Shown here piece by piece: positions 44,881 to 53,294 of a stretch of DNA of 64,000 bases (the stretch's first letter is position 1; each line of letters starts with the position of its first letter). The notes beneath the pieces are model-generated. The model saw only the letters and a program-made list of their open reading frames with translations. It had not been told where the DNA came from and ran no database searches. This stretch comes from Bacillota bacterium (lineage in GTDB: Bacteria; Bacillota; Limnochordia; DTU087). The stretch covers positions 15,450 through 79,449 of the forward strand of contig JAAZMF010000145.1 in the NCBI GenBank assembly GCA_012798955.1, given 5' to 3'. A program made the translations under genes and the position numbers.

Positions 44881-45030
44881 CTAACGCGTCTCCCTATGGG
44901 CAGTATGCTCCTTGCAGAACTTACAATACTTTTTCAGTTCTAGTCGATCCGGATCATTGCGTCGATTCTTGTTGCTACGATAATTCCTGTTCTTGCATTG
45001 GACACACTCCAACGTTATACCTACCCGCAT
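44881..45030 (-). CDS. rpmG: 50S ribosomal protein L33 (Cys4 form)
   Basis: Not in the ORF track (49 aa). Hand translation gives [49 protein letters not shown]. Confidence 0.93.
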   Translation of the reverse strand: MRVGITLECVQCKNRNYRSNKNRRNDPDRLELKKYCKFCKEHTAHRETR

Positions 45031-45065
45031 CCCGTACACCTCCAGGCCTTTTCAGTCACTCCTAG

Positions 45066-45094
45066 AATTTATCACATAAGATATAGACTGTCAA
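45066..45094 (-). promoter_or_regulatory. sigma-A promoter of rpmG-secE-nusG
   Basis: Minus strand reads TTGACA (45094-45089), a 17-nt spacer ending in TGA, then TAAATT (45071-45066). Confidence 0.6.
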
Positions 45095-45218
45095 TATCGG
45101 GGAGCCCCGGAAGGCTAAGCTAGGATGCAATGCGCCAGTTCTAAACATCCCCCGTTATCTGACAATATATGCAAATACTACCTAGACAATGGATCTGACT
45201 ACATGGAGAACCTTAGGA

Positions 45219-45875
45219 TTAGCCTGTGGCCTTTTCATCACGCTTTTGTAGATATCTCTCCAATTTGCGCTTTACCCTTTGCAGTGCATTGTCGATGGAT
45301 TTCACATGTCTATCCAGGCTATCGGCAATCTCTTGATAGGATTTGCCTTCGAGATAAAACATGAGCACCTGCCACTCTAGATCACTGAGGAATTCGCCCA
45401 TCTTTTGCTCAATATGGATGAACTCTTCCCGACTGATCACAAGCTCCTCAGGATCGGTGACTTTACTTCCTGAGAGAACATCGAGTAAAGTACGATCTGA
45501 TTCCTCGTCATAAATCGGTTTATTAAGGGATACATAAGAATTGAGAGGAATATGCTTTTGGCGGGTAGCCGTCTTGATAGCGGTAATAATCTGCCTTGTA
45601 ATACAGAGCTCCGCAAAAGCCCGGAAGGAAGCCAGTTTGTCCGGCCGAAAATCCCGAATGGCTTTATATAATCCGATCATACCTTCTTGGATAATGTCTT
45701 CTCTGTCGGCACCAATGAGGAAATATGAACGAGCTTTGGCCCTGACGAAATTCTTGTACTTGTTGATCATATACTCTAGCGCAATCTCATCGCCCTCCCG
45801 CACGAGCTCAACTAACTGCTCGTCCTCGAGGTCAATGTAATCCTCATACAACTTTCGCTGTGCCTGACTACTCAA
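45219..45875 (-). CDS. sigH: RNA polymerase sigma factor SigH (sigma-30 type)
   Basis: YKNFVRAKARSYFLIGADREDIIQEGMIGLYKAIRDF, CITRQIITAIKTATRQKH and SIDNALQRVKRKLE closely resemble B. subtilis SigH. TTG 45875 lies 8 nt after GGTGGAGG; the track start is GTG 45890. Confidence 0.92.
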   Translation of the reverse strand: MSSQAQRKLYEDYIDLEDEQLVELVREGDEIALEYMINKYKNFVRAKARSYFLIGADREDIIQEGMIGLYKAIRDFRPDKLASFRAFAELCITRQIITAIKTATRQKHIPLNSYVSLNKPIYDEESDRTLLDVLSGSKVTDPEELVISREEFIHIEQKMGEFLSDLEWQVLMFYLEGKSYQEIADSLDRHVKSIDNALQRVKRKLERYLQKRDEKATG

Positions 45876-45973
45876 CCATATCGCCTCCACCAGGCCGATT
45901 GTGTCTGACAGAGGGTACCCTCACCATAGCCTTCACCCAAAGGGCTTAGCTTGTCCATTGCCAGCACAAAGCC

Positions 45974-46002
45974 ATTATACAATAGCACATCCAGAGCGTC
46001 AA
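45974..46002 (-). promoter_or_regulatory. sigma-A promoter of sigH
   Basis: Minus strand reads TTGACG (46002-45997), a 17-nt spacer, then TATAAT (45979-45974). Confidence 0.7.
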
Positions 46003-46055
46003 GAAATCGGGGCACACCCCGGGCTACATACCACGAGCTCTCACGGCTGGCAAAG

Positions 46056-46790
46056 CTAGTCAGCCACCCACCTCTGCCTCACCACTTCATACATCAAAAT
46101 GGCCGCGGCCACCGCTGCATTCAGAGAATTTATTTGCCCGTACATAGGCAGACGCACTAGAAAATCGCATCTCTCTTTCGTAAGGCGAGCTAAGCCTTTG
46201 CCCTCACCACCGATGACCAATGCTACAGGACCTGTAAAGTCCGCCTCAAAATGCAGACTCTCGCCGGTCATATCGGCCCCTATGACCCAGAATCCCGCCT
46301 CCTGTAACGTGGTGATAGTCTGAGATAGGTTAGTCACCTGCGCCACCGGCACGTATTCTATGGCGCCGGCAGATACCTTGGCTACAGTGGCAGTCAGACC
46401 TACCGCCCTGTGCCTCGGTATAATCACACCTGCAGCACCTGCCGCTTCCGCGGTGCGGAGAATCGAACCTAAATTATGGGGATCTTGAATCCCATCCAAG
46501 ACAATAATCAATGGCTGTTGAGATTTTTCCAAGGCATAGGACACCAGATTTGGCAGTTCCACATATCCAATGGGTGGCCGCCAAGCCATCACTCCCTGGT
46601 GGGCCTTAGTCCTGCTACGTTCATCTAGCCAACTTCGCTCTTGCCACTCAACGGGTATGTCCGCTGCCTTGGCCATGGACGCTATCTCCTTAAGACCCCG
46701 TTCAGAACCCTTTGCCAATACCACTTTGCTTAGGCGCACTTTAGCATTAAGGGCCTCTCTAACGGGATTTTTTCCTTCAATTTGCTCCAT
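46056..46790 (-). CDS. rlmB: 23S rRNA (guanosine-2'-O)-methyltransferase RlmB (TrmH/SpoU family)
   Basis: IEGKNPVREAL, LDGIQDPHNLGSILRTAEAAG, and SLNAAVAAAILMYE at the C-terminus. Confidence 0.9.
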   Translation of the reverse strand: MEQIEGKNPVREALNAKVRLSKVVLAKGSERGLKEIASMAKAADIPVEWQERSWLDERSRTKAHQGVMAWRPPIGYVELPNLVSYALEKSQQPLIIVLDGIQDPHNLGSILRTAEAAGAAGVIIPRHRAVGLTATVAKVSAGAIEYVPVAQVTNLSQTITTLQEAGFWVIGADMTGESLHFEADFTGPVALVIGGEGKGLARLTKERCDFLVRLPMYGQINSLNAAVAAAILMYEVVRQRWVAD

Positions 46791-46794
46791 GTTA

Positions 46795-47229
46795 TTACTC
46801 CTTCGAGCAGGGTTGTCCAGATGCTACTGCCAAGGAAAAAAGCTCCTGCAATCGCTCCTTCTGCCCTGCCAGATACAAATAACCGACTAAGGCCTCAAGA
46901 CCTGTACTTAAACGGTAATCCATTACCTTTGCTCCCCGGGGCACTCCACTTTTTGTGTTACGACCTCTTCTTACGATATCTGCTTCTACTTCAGTTAAAT
47001 GTGGTTCCCAAATCTCCAGAATACGGGCTTGACTCCCAGCATTAACCCAATCAACGGCCTGCCCGTGTAGATTGTGCATCTGACGGTACCCCGATTCTAC
47101 TAGGTGTGAGCGAATCCAAAGCTCAAAAACAGCATCACCAATATAGGCGAGAACAAGTGGTGACAATCCCCGGGGTTCATCGGCAATTGGTCTATCTTGG
47201 CTATCTACGTCCATGTAAGCACACCTCAT
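46795..47229 (-). CDS. mrnC: mini-ribonuclease III
   Basis: LAYIGDAVFELWIRSHL...RRGRN. ATGA overlap with the cysS stop. Confidence 0.9.
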   Translation of the reverse strand: MRCAYMDVDSQDRPIADEPRGLSPLVLAYIGDAVFELWIRSHLVESGYRQMHNLHGQAVDWVNAGSQARILEIWEPHLTEVEADIVRRGRNTKSGVPRGAKVMDYRLSTGLEALVGYLYLAGQKERLQELFSLAVASGQPCSKE

Positions 47230-48692
47230 AGCTTCCAGCGGGTCCCCAGGGGCGAATCTTCAAGTCTAATTCCCAGATTTTCAAGTTCATCCCGAATGAA
47301 ATCGGCAGTGGCCCAATCTCTGGCATCCCTTGCCCGCTTGCGCACATCAATGAGTAACTCGATCAGATCCCCCACAAGCTCATCCCCATGGGCTATGGTA
47401 GTCTTGGTATCCACAATCCCCAAAATACCGCCACCTAGCTCCAAAAAAACTTGGTAGGCCTCTCTTAGGACCGGCAGGCTCTTCCTCTGCTTACCACTAT
47501 CCATGTGGGCCAACCCGCCCGCAAAACTATGCACATCTCGAGCCAACTCAAATAGCGCACCTATGGCCGCGGCTGTGTTAAAATCATCCCGCATGGCCCC
47601 CAAGAATTTATCCCGAGTCCCATTAACAGCCTTGGCCAAGTCATCTATAGCAGGAACATGCTCCATGCATGGGGCTTCATCTAGCTTTTCCACCTCGGCG
47701 ACTAAACTCTCCAGGTTATTCACCGCGGTCATCAATCGCTCCCACCCTCTGCGAGCCTCGGCGATTTTCTCTTCACTATACTGTAAAGGGCTGCGGTAAT
47801 GACTAGATAATAGATAAAAGCGAATGGCCTCAGCAGGGTGTTGGTTCAGCAACTCCTGCAAAGGCGTAAAGTTACCCAGTGACTTGGACATTTTCTCATC
47901 TTTTACCTGAAGCAAGCCATTATGAACCCAGCACCCCACAAAAGGCGGCTCACCAGTATATGCATCAGATTGGGCGATCTCATTTTCGTGATGGGGGAAA
48001 ATCAAATCCGCACCACCGCCATGGAGGTCCAAGTGGTTGCCCAAGTATTTCAAGGACATCGCGGAGCACTCTATATGCCACCCCGGTCTACCCTTACCCC
48101 AAGGGCTTTCCCAAGCTGGCTCCCCGGGCTTAGCACTTTTCCATAGGGCAAAATCCATGGGATTGCGTTTGCGCTCATCTACGGCAAACCGAGTACCAGC
48201 AGCTAACTCATCTAGTACCTGTCCGGAGAGTTGCCCATATTGGGGAAATGAACTAACATCAAAGTAAACATCTCCATCTGCAACGTAGGCGTGATCTTTT
48301 TCCACTAAACCTTCAACTAGCTCAATAATCGCCGGTATCTCCTGACTGACCCGGGGATAGACATCGGCCCTTTTCACGCCTAATGCGTCCATATCCCTAA
48401 GGTACTCCTCCACATATCGATTAGATATATCTAGGGCCTTTTCACCCGTTGCCTGGGCCCGATCAATCACTTTATCATCTATATCGGTAAAATTCTGCAC
48501 CAACCGTACCGTATAACCTTCGTATTCCAGAAAACGCCTAATAGCATCCCAAATGACGGAGGGAACGGCATGTCCCAAATGGCTTTGATCATAAGGCGTG
48601 ATCCCGCAAACATAAATGGATACGCTTCCTGGATCCCGAGGAACAAATGACTCCTTTTTTCGAGTAAGGGTGTTATAAATCTGGATGGGCAT
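47226..48692 (-). CDS. cysS: cysteine--tRNA ligase
   Basis: CGITPYDQSHLGHA (HIGH region), KMSKS, and zinc ligands in WHIECS. Confidence 0.96.
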   Translation of the reverse strand: MPIQIYNTLTRKKESFVPRDPGSVSIYVCGITPYDQSHLGHAVPSVIWDAIRRFLEYEGYTVRLVQNFTDIDDKVIDRAQATGEKALDISNRYVEEYLRDMDALGVKRADVYPRVSQEIPAIIELVEGLVEKDHAYVADGDVYFDVSSFPQYGQLSGQVLDELAAGTRFAVDERKRNPMDFALWKSAKPGEPAWESPWGKGRPGWHIECSAMSLKYLGNHLDLHGGGADLIFPHHENEIAQSDAYTGEPPFVGCWVHNGLLQVKDEKMSKSLGNFTPLQELLNQHPAEAIRFYLLSSHYRSPLQYSEEKIAEARRGWERLMTAVNNLESLVAEVEKLDEAPCMEHVPAIDDLAKAVNGTRDKFLGAMRDDFNTAAAIGALFELARDVHSFAGGLAHMDSGKQRKSLPVLREAYQVFLELGGGILGIVDTKTTIAHGDELVGDLIELLIDVRKRARDARDWATADFIRDELENLGIRLEDSPLGTRWKL

Positions 48693-48788
48693 AGCTTTTC
48701 CCTCTTTCTCGCGGCAACGCCGCCAACATTCTCCTGGTATTACCTACCTAAGTATAGCATTTCCAGGGCCAGCATGGGCCTTGTATAG

Positions 48789-48818
48789 ATCATATAGGTC
48801 TTCTCCTCGTAATGTCAA
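48789..48818 (-). promoter_or_regulatory. candidate sigma-A promoter of cysS
   Basis: Minus strand reads TTGACA (48818-48813), an 18-nt spacer, then TATGAT (48794-48789). Confidence 0.5.
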
Positions 48819-48886
48819 CGAGTGACCTTTAGGATCTGAGTCTCATACTGTAAAGCAGATCTACAAGAATCTGGAGGGATGTCTGA

Positions 48887-49705
48887 GTGAATTATCATTT
48901 GCAAAGCCCCTGGAACAAGTACCTAAAACCCCCTTGGCCCGGTCGCCAGCCCAAACCCCGGCTAAGTGGTTTGACTATGGTCATCGACAAAGGTGTTGAT
49001 CTAGACACAACCGAGCAGTGGTTGTCACTTAATGCCGATCATGTGGATTTTGTAAAGCTGGGTTTTGGTACCGCCCCCCTTTACCCCACAAAGCAGTTGC
49101 TCAAGAAAATCACTTTGATCAAATCATTTGGTGTAGACATCTACCCTGGTGGCACGCTCCTAGAAGTAGCTGTCTATCAAGGGCAGATCGAACCATTCCT
49201 CGATCTTGTGCAAGATCTAGGTTTCACCTATGTAGAGGTCTCATCAGGTACCATCGAAATCGCCCCAGAGCTAAGGCGAGAGATCATCACAACCGCCCAT
49301 ACGCTAGGTCTTGGAGTTTTGACCGAGGTGGGCAAAAAGGATAATCACGCCCCCTTTGACCCCGAGGTCATTGCCCGCCAAATCGACGACGATCTGGCCA
49401 CTGGAGCTTACCAAGTCATAGTGGAGGCTAGAGAGTCCGGTCGCAGTATCGGCATTTATGATGCGACCGGTAATATCCGCAGAGACGTATTACAGGCTAT
49501 TATCGACAATGTGGCCCACCCCGAAAACATCATGTGGGAGGCACCCCAAGTCTCCCAGCAACAAAAGCTTTTAGCCACATTGGGCCCCAATGTAAATCTA
49601 GGTAATATCCAGCCCGGCGATGTGCTCGCTCTAGAGGCAACCCGCATTGGCATGCGATCTGATACCTTCAGATTAGGTATTGAGGAGGTGAATAGTCATG
49701 TCTAA
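48887..49705 (+). CDS. comA: phosphosulfolactate synthase (ComA family)
   Basis: LSGLTMVIDKG, VDFVKLGFGT, YVEVSSGT, GKKD and IVEARESG resemble (2R)-phospho-3-sulfolactate synthase. GTG start lies 8 nt after GGAGGG. Confidence 0.8.
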   Translation: MNYHLQSPWNKYLKPPWPGRQPKPRLSGLTMVIDKGVDLDTTEQWLSLNADHVDFVKLGFGTAPLYPTKQLLKKITLIKSFGVDIYPGGTLLEVAVYQGQIEPFLDLVQDLGFTYVEVSSGTIEIAPELRREIITTAHTLGLGVLTEVGKKDNHAPFDPEVIARQIDDDLATGAYQVIVEARESGRSIGIYDATGNIRRDVLQAIIDNVAHPENIMWEAPQVSQQQKLLATLGPNVNLGNIQPGDVLALEATRIGMRSDTFRLGIEEVNSHV

Positions 49706-49799
49706 AAAGCGAATATCCTTGGATTGGATTTCTGTTTTCACAGCCTTAGCCCTAGCAGCCCTTGTCAAAGCCCATATCCTAAACTATATTCCTTGGTGA
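49698..49799 (+). CDS. 33-aa hydrophobic small protein (unannotated sORF)
   Basis: Hand translation gives MSKKRISLDWISVFTALALAALVKAHILNYIPW. ATG 49698 lies 7 nt after GAGGAGGTG and overlaps the comA stop by 8 nt. It ends 37 nt before the next gene. Confidence 0.45.
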   Translation: MSKKRISLDWISVFTALALAALVKAHILNYIPW

Positions 49800-49836
49800 A
49801 AGTGGTGTCCTTCACTAACTTGGGAGGTATTGTGGT

Positions 49837-50895
49837 ATGAATCAACCCTCAGAACAACTCACTACTAGCAGTTGGTCATTACCCGACGTGGCCTTTACCA
49901 CATTAGGCAAGGGTCTTAAGATGATCCCTGGCATCGGGCTATTGCTGGCCATAGGCTTGTTGGGGAAAATGGCGGCTGCCCGTGTTCCCCATATGGAATA
50001 TGTAATATTTGCCATTGCCTTCGGTGCCCTAATATCCAACACTGTACCCATTCCCCGGATATTTGTCCCAGGGATTCGCACATACGAGTTTTGGCTCAAG
50101 GTTGGTATAGTATTGATGGGCGCCAAATTTGCCATGTCCAATGTAATCAATATCGGAGCCACAGGTATTATCCTGGTGATAGCCGAGATTGCACTGGCCA
50201 TTACTGTAGCCCGTCTCTTGAGTCGTATGGCAGGGCTGTCGGAAGAGCTAGGTAGCCTGATTGGTGTAGGTGTAGGTATCTGTGGCGTATCGGCCATTAT
50301 CGGGGCCACTGGCGCCATAAATGCCAGTGAAGAGGATGCTAGCTACGCCATCGCCACTATCCTGATCTTTGGCGCGATCATGCTAGCTGTCTACCCCTTT
50401 ATTGGCCGTCTGGCAGGAATGTCCAATGAGATGTTTGGCTTTTGGACAGGGCTTTCTATTGACAACACCGCGGAAGCTGTTGCCACGGGCATGGCATTTT
50501 CCGAACAGGCAGCAGAAGTTGCAACTGTGGTCAAGCTCTCCCGCAATGCCTTGATGGGCTTTGTTATTCTCCTGTTTGCGTTACTCCACGCCAACCGAGG
50601 CATAACAAAACGGATCGACAATAAGTGGTCATTTCTCTGGGCAAGGTTCCCCAAATTCGTTTTAGGCTTCCTGCTACTATCAAGCCTGAACACTTTGGGG
50701 TTCTTCACATCGGCGCAGACCAAGATATTGGTTAACATCTCCAACTGGGCTTTCCTCCTAACCTTTGCCGGAGTAGGGCTTTCCCTGCAAAGATCCCGAA
50801 TGAAAGCGGGGATCAAGCCTTTTATTGTGGGATTCGGTGTGGAGACCGTTGTCTCCGTTGTCACCTTTGCTATGGTATATGTCCTATTCGCCTAA
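49837..50895 (+). CDS. YeiH/UPF0324-family membrane protein (putative sulfate/sulfite exporter family)
   Basis: 352 aa, about 10 TM segments, GICGVSAIIGA-type motif. Size and topology match YeiH. SD GGGAGG upstream. Confidence 0.7.
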   Translation: MNQPSEQLTTSSWSLPDVAFTTLGKGLKMIPGIGLLLAIGLLGKMAAARVPHMEYVIFAIAFGALISNTVPIPRIFVPGIRTYEFWLKVGIVLMGAKFAMSNVINIGATGIILVIAEIALAITVARLLSRMAGLSEELGSLIGVGVGICGVSAIIGATGAINASEEDASYAIATILIFGAIMLAVYPFIGRLAGMSNEMFGFWTGLSIDNTAEAVATGMAFSEQAAEVATVVKLSRNALMGFVILLFALLHANRGITKRIDNKWSFLWARFPKFVLGFLLLSSLNTLGFFTSAQTKILVNISNWAFLLTFAGVGLSLQRSRMKAGIKPFIVGFGVETVVSVVTFAMVYVLFA

Positions 50896-50915
50896 CACAA
50901 AACAGCGCCTCTTAT

Positions 50916-50977
50916 GCAAAAGAGTAGGCCCCGGATATCATCGTCTCAACGAGGCCTCTCTTTTGCGTTTCTTTTTT
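50916..50977 (+). terminator. intrinsic terminator of the comA-sORF-yeiH unit
   Basis: GCAAAAGAGtAGGCC (50916-50930), a 22-nt loop, GGCCTCTCTTTTGC (50953-50966), then GTTTCTTTTTT. Confidence 0.7.
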
Positions 50978-51020
50978 CCACGGCATGATGGGAGAGGAGA
51001 GGGAATATGCTGAGTAAGAG

Positions 51021-51479
51021 GTGATGCTAATGTTCCATGATCTTTGCCTATTGGCCATGCTTTTTCTTGGAATCGTGGGCGACAACTATCTTGTGTCTAT
51101 CTCCGCAGCATTCCTCTTGCTACTTAGACTCCTAGGGCTAGATGCTCTATTACCCTATCTGGAGGGCCCTGGTCTAAGGGTGGGTCTTACTCTTTTGATC
51201 CTTTCGATTTTGACTCCCTTCGCCGCCGGGCGCATAACCTTAAATGATTTATGGGGTGCAGTTACAAAGCCCCAGGGCGCCGCAGCCATCCTCGGTGGTA
51301 TAGCCGGAGCGTATCTGGGAGCTAGAGGCCTTACGCTTCTAGATACCCACCCTGAAAGTATTACTGGTCTTGTACTGGGCACTATTATCGGTGCCACCTT
51401 TTTCAAAGGCATTCCCGTAGGTCCCTTGGTGGCCGCGGGCATGGCAGCCTTGCTGGCCGATCTTCTCGTCGGTTCCTAA
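51021..51479 (+). CDS. DUF441/UPF0756-like small membrane protein
   Basis: About 150 aa, 4 TM segments, resembles the YtwI family (LGIVGDN...LLLLRLLGL...GRITL...GIAG). The likely start is ATG 51030, 8 nt after AAGAGG. Confidence 0.6.
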   Translation: MMLMFHDLCLLAMLFLGIVGDNYLVSISAAFLLLLRLLGLDALLPYLEGPGLRVGLTLLILSILTPFAAGRITLNDLWGAVTKPQGAAAILGGIAGAYLGARGLTLLDTHPESITGLVLGTIIGATFFKGIPVGPLVAAGMAALLADLLVGS

Positions 51480-51506
51480 TGGTCCGCCAGATCAGGTACT
51501 ACCACC

Positions 51507-52427
51507 CTATCTCCCAAGAGCTCCCCCAGCGAAGGAGAGGAACTGGCCTAAGAGCCGGGCGATTAGGTCTATTAAGCGCTCAAACCACGATGTCACGGTA
51601 TCTTTAAGGCTCATATTTGTACCTAGCAAGCTATCGACTTCCCCCGATATCTTATCTAACTGTGTCTGCAGGTCACTCAATTTCAAATCCAAGCCCTTTA
51701 TTTTAATCATCAAATCGGCTATTTTTTGCACATCATCAGGGGACAACTCCACCCCTGTTTCCCGTGCCACTCGGCGAATCAGTTCAAGGATGGCCGCCCT
51801 ATCTTCTGGATTCTCCTTGACCACTTCCTGTTTGATCCGTGTCACAAGATCACTAGATAGTTCGTGGCCTATACCTTCCCCAATTTCCCTAGTAACATAA
51901 AGCTCTTCACCGGCGATACGCTTTCCCTCTTCAGCTAGCTGGGTATCTGCCGCCGCTTCAAATGCTTTGAATATCCCGGTGAGGGCCGCGGTACCAGATA
52001 CACGGGTGGGAGCGGCTACAATCACCTCGGCATCTTTCATCCCGCCGGTAACTAGCGCTTGGGCAAACATGCGTTTCGTAACCCAGGTGATATTATGGGT
52101 AGTGATTTGTAAACCACTACCCGCATCTAGAGGTCGCACATAGGCCGAAGAGATAGCCCGGGTACCAAGATAAGTGGCAGGCACGCTATCGCCTAACAGA
52201 GCATGCTCTTCGGAATTCGTCACCTGCATCTCCCACAATTCACTGGACTGGTGAGGGATCTGCATAATACGCCTAACCTTAGCCCTATCTCGTTGAGACA
52301 AGTCCGCACCCCAAGTAATCACCGCTTCACCCCCGGCCCTGGTCGGTGGCGTTGCGATCATAGCCATACAGAACACCGCAACCAATACCGCCATCAACTT
52401 GCCACTCGGCCAAATGGGGTCTATCAT
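51507..52427 (-). CDS. DUF1002 (YpuA-like) extracytoplasmic protein
   Basis: N-terminal signal-like TM, ITWGADLSQRDRAKV, NITWVTKRMFAQALVTGG and VSGTAALTGIFKAFE are typical of DUF1002. ATGA overlap with the upstream gene. Confidence 0.7.
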   Translation of the reverse strand: MIDPIWPSGKLMAVLVAVFCMAMIATPPTRAGGEAVITWGADLSQRDRAKVRRIMQIPHQSSELWEMQVTNSEEHALLGDSVPATYLGTRAISSAYVRPLDAGSGLQITTHNITWVTKRMFAQALVTGGMKDAEVIVAAPTRVSGTAALTGIFKAFEAAADTQLAEEGKRIAGEELYVTREIGEGIGHELSSDLVTRIKQEVVKENPEDRAAILELIRRVARETGVELSPDDVQKIADLMIKIKGLDLKLSDLQTQLDKISGEVDSLLGTNMSLKDTVTSWFERLIDLIARLLGQFLSFAGGALGR

Positions 52428-53218
52428 AGCACTCTCCCAGAGCCCATGACCTCCAGCTTCACATTGCCAATACCCTGTTCTCTGAGCCCTATGGCACTGG
52501 CTGCACCACTCGATAGGTCAATGGCTCTACCTGTCACATACGGCCCCCGATCGTTAATAGTGACCATCACACTCTTGCCATTGTGCAAATTGGTTACTTG
52601 CACTTTGGTACCAAAGGGTAGATAACGATGGGCTGCGGTGAAGCCTTGCCGATCAAAGGTCTCGCCATTAGCTGTGGGGCGACCATGGAATTCGCCACCA
52701 TACCACGATGCCACACAAAATGCTGTCACAACTTCATCAGATCCATTTTGAAGTACATACTCCTTGGGAACTCCTCTGCTACCTAAGGCTTGGCGAATGT
52801 TGTTTGCCCATACTTTGGCTAGAGCATGTTCGTTGGTGTTGTTGAGCCCCGCGTGGGCACCATCAACAGTCACAATCAATCTGCCCTGCCAACTAACTAC
52901 AATAGAGCCGTTTTGGGCATCCGGGAAAATAGCATCTGATGGATAGCCCTCCTTCAGATAGTCTGCCAAGCGATGGGCAACCACTACTGCCCTGTCAAAG
53001 GGCTTGATACCCCCCGCGCTAGTTCTGATTCTTAGCACCACCCGGCGATGAATCACTATCTCCCCAACTTCTCGACCGGCAATACGGGCTTGGCGGGCAC
53101 CCACACCTTCACCGGCCATAACCACTTGCTGAATGGAGTAAAATGGGTAGCCAGACCACTCACCAAAAGACAATGCTAACACCAATAGAATAGCGATTAC
53201 GAAAAACGTCCTTCTCAT
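52424..53218 (-). CDS. RlpA-like double-psi beta-barrel (lytic transglycosylase family) protein
   Basis: ASWYGGEFHGRPTANGETFD...LPFGTKVQVTN...VTINDRGPYVTGRAIDLS. ATG 53218 lies 6 nt after AGGAGGG. The track ORF extends to 53251. Confidence 0.8.
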   Translation of the reverse strand: MRRTFFVIAILLVLALSFGEWSGYPFYSIQQVVMAGEGVGARQARIAGREVGEIVIHRRVVLRIRTSAGGIKPFDRAVVVAHRLADYLKEGYPSDAIFPDAQNGSIVVSWQGRLIVTVDGAHAGLNNTNEHALAKVWANNIRQALGSRGVPKEYVLQNGSDEVVTAFCVASWYGGEFHGRPTANGETFDRQGFTAAHRYLPFGTKVQVTNLHNGKSVMVTINDRGPYVTGRAIDLSSGAASAIGLREQGIGNVKLEVMGSGRVL

Positions 53219-53294
53219 GGAAAACCCTCCTAATATCCCATCTATTACCACTCGTCCATAGTATGGGCTAAAAAGAGGATATACATACCTTGGG

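Noticed and set aside
48693-48886. Looked for a T-box or other riboswitch upstream of cysS.
   Set aside because: I found no T-box core sequence (…GGTGGTACCGCG-like), no specifier/terminator arrangement and no long structured leader. The spacer looks like a plain divergent promoter region.
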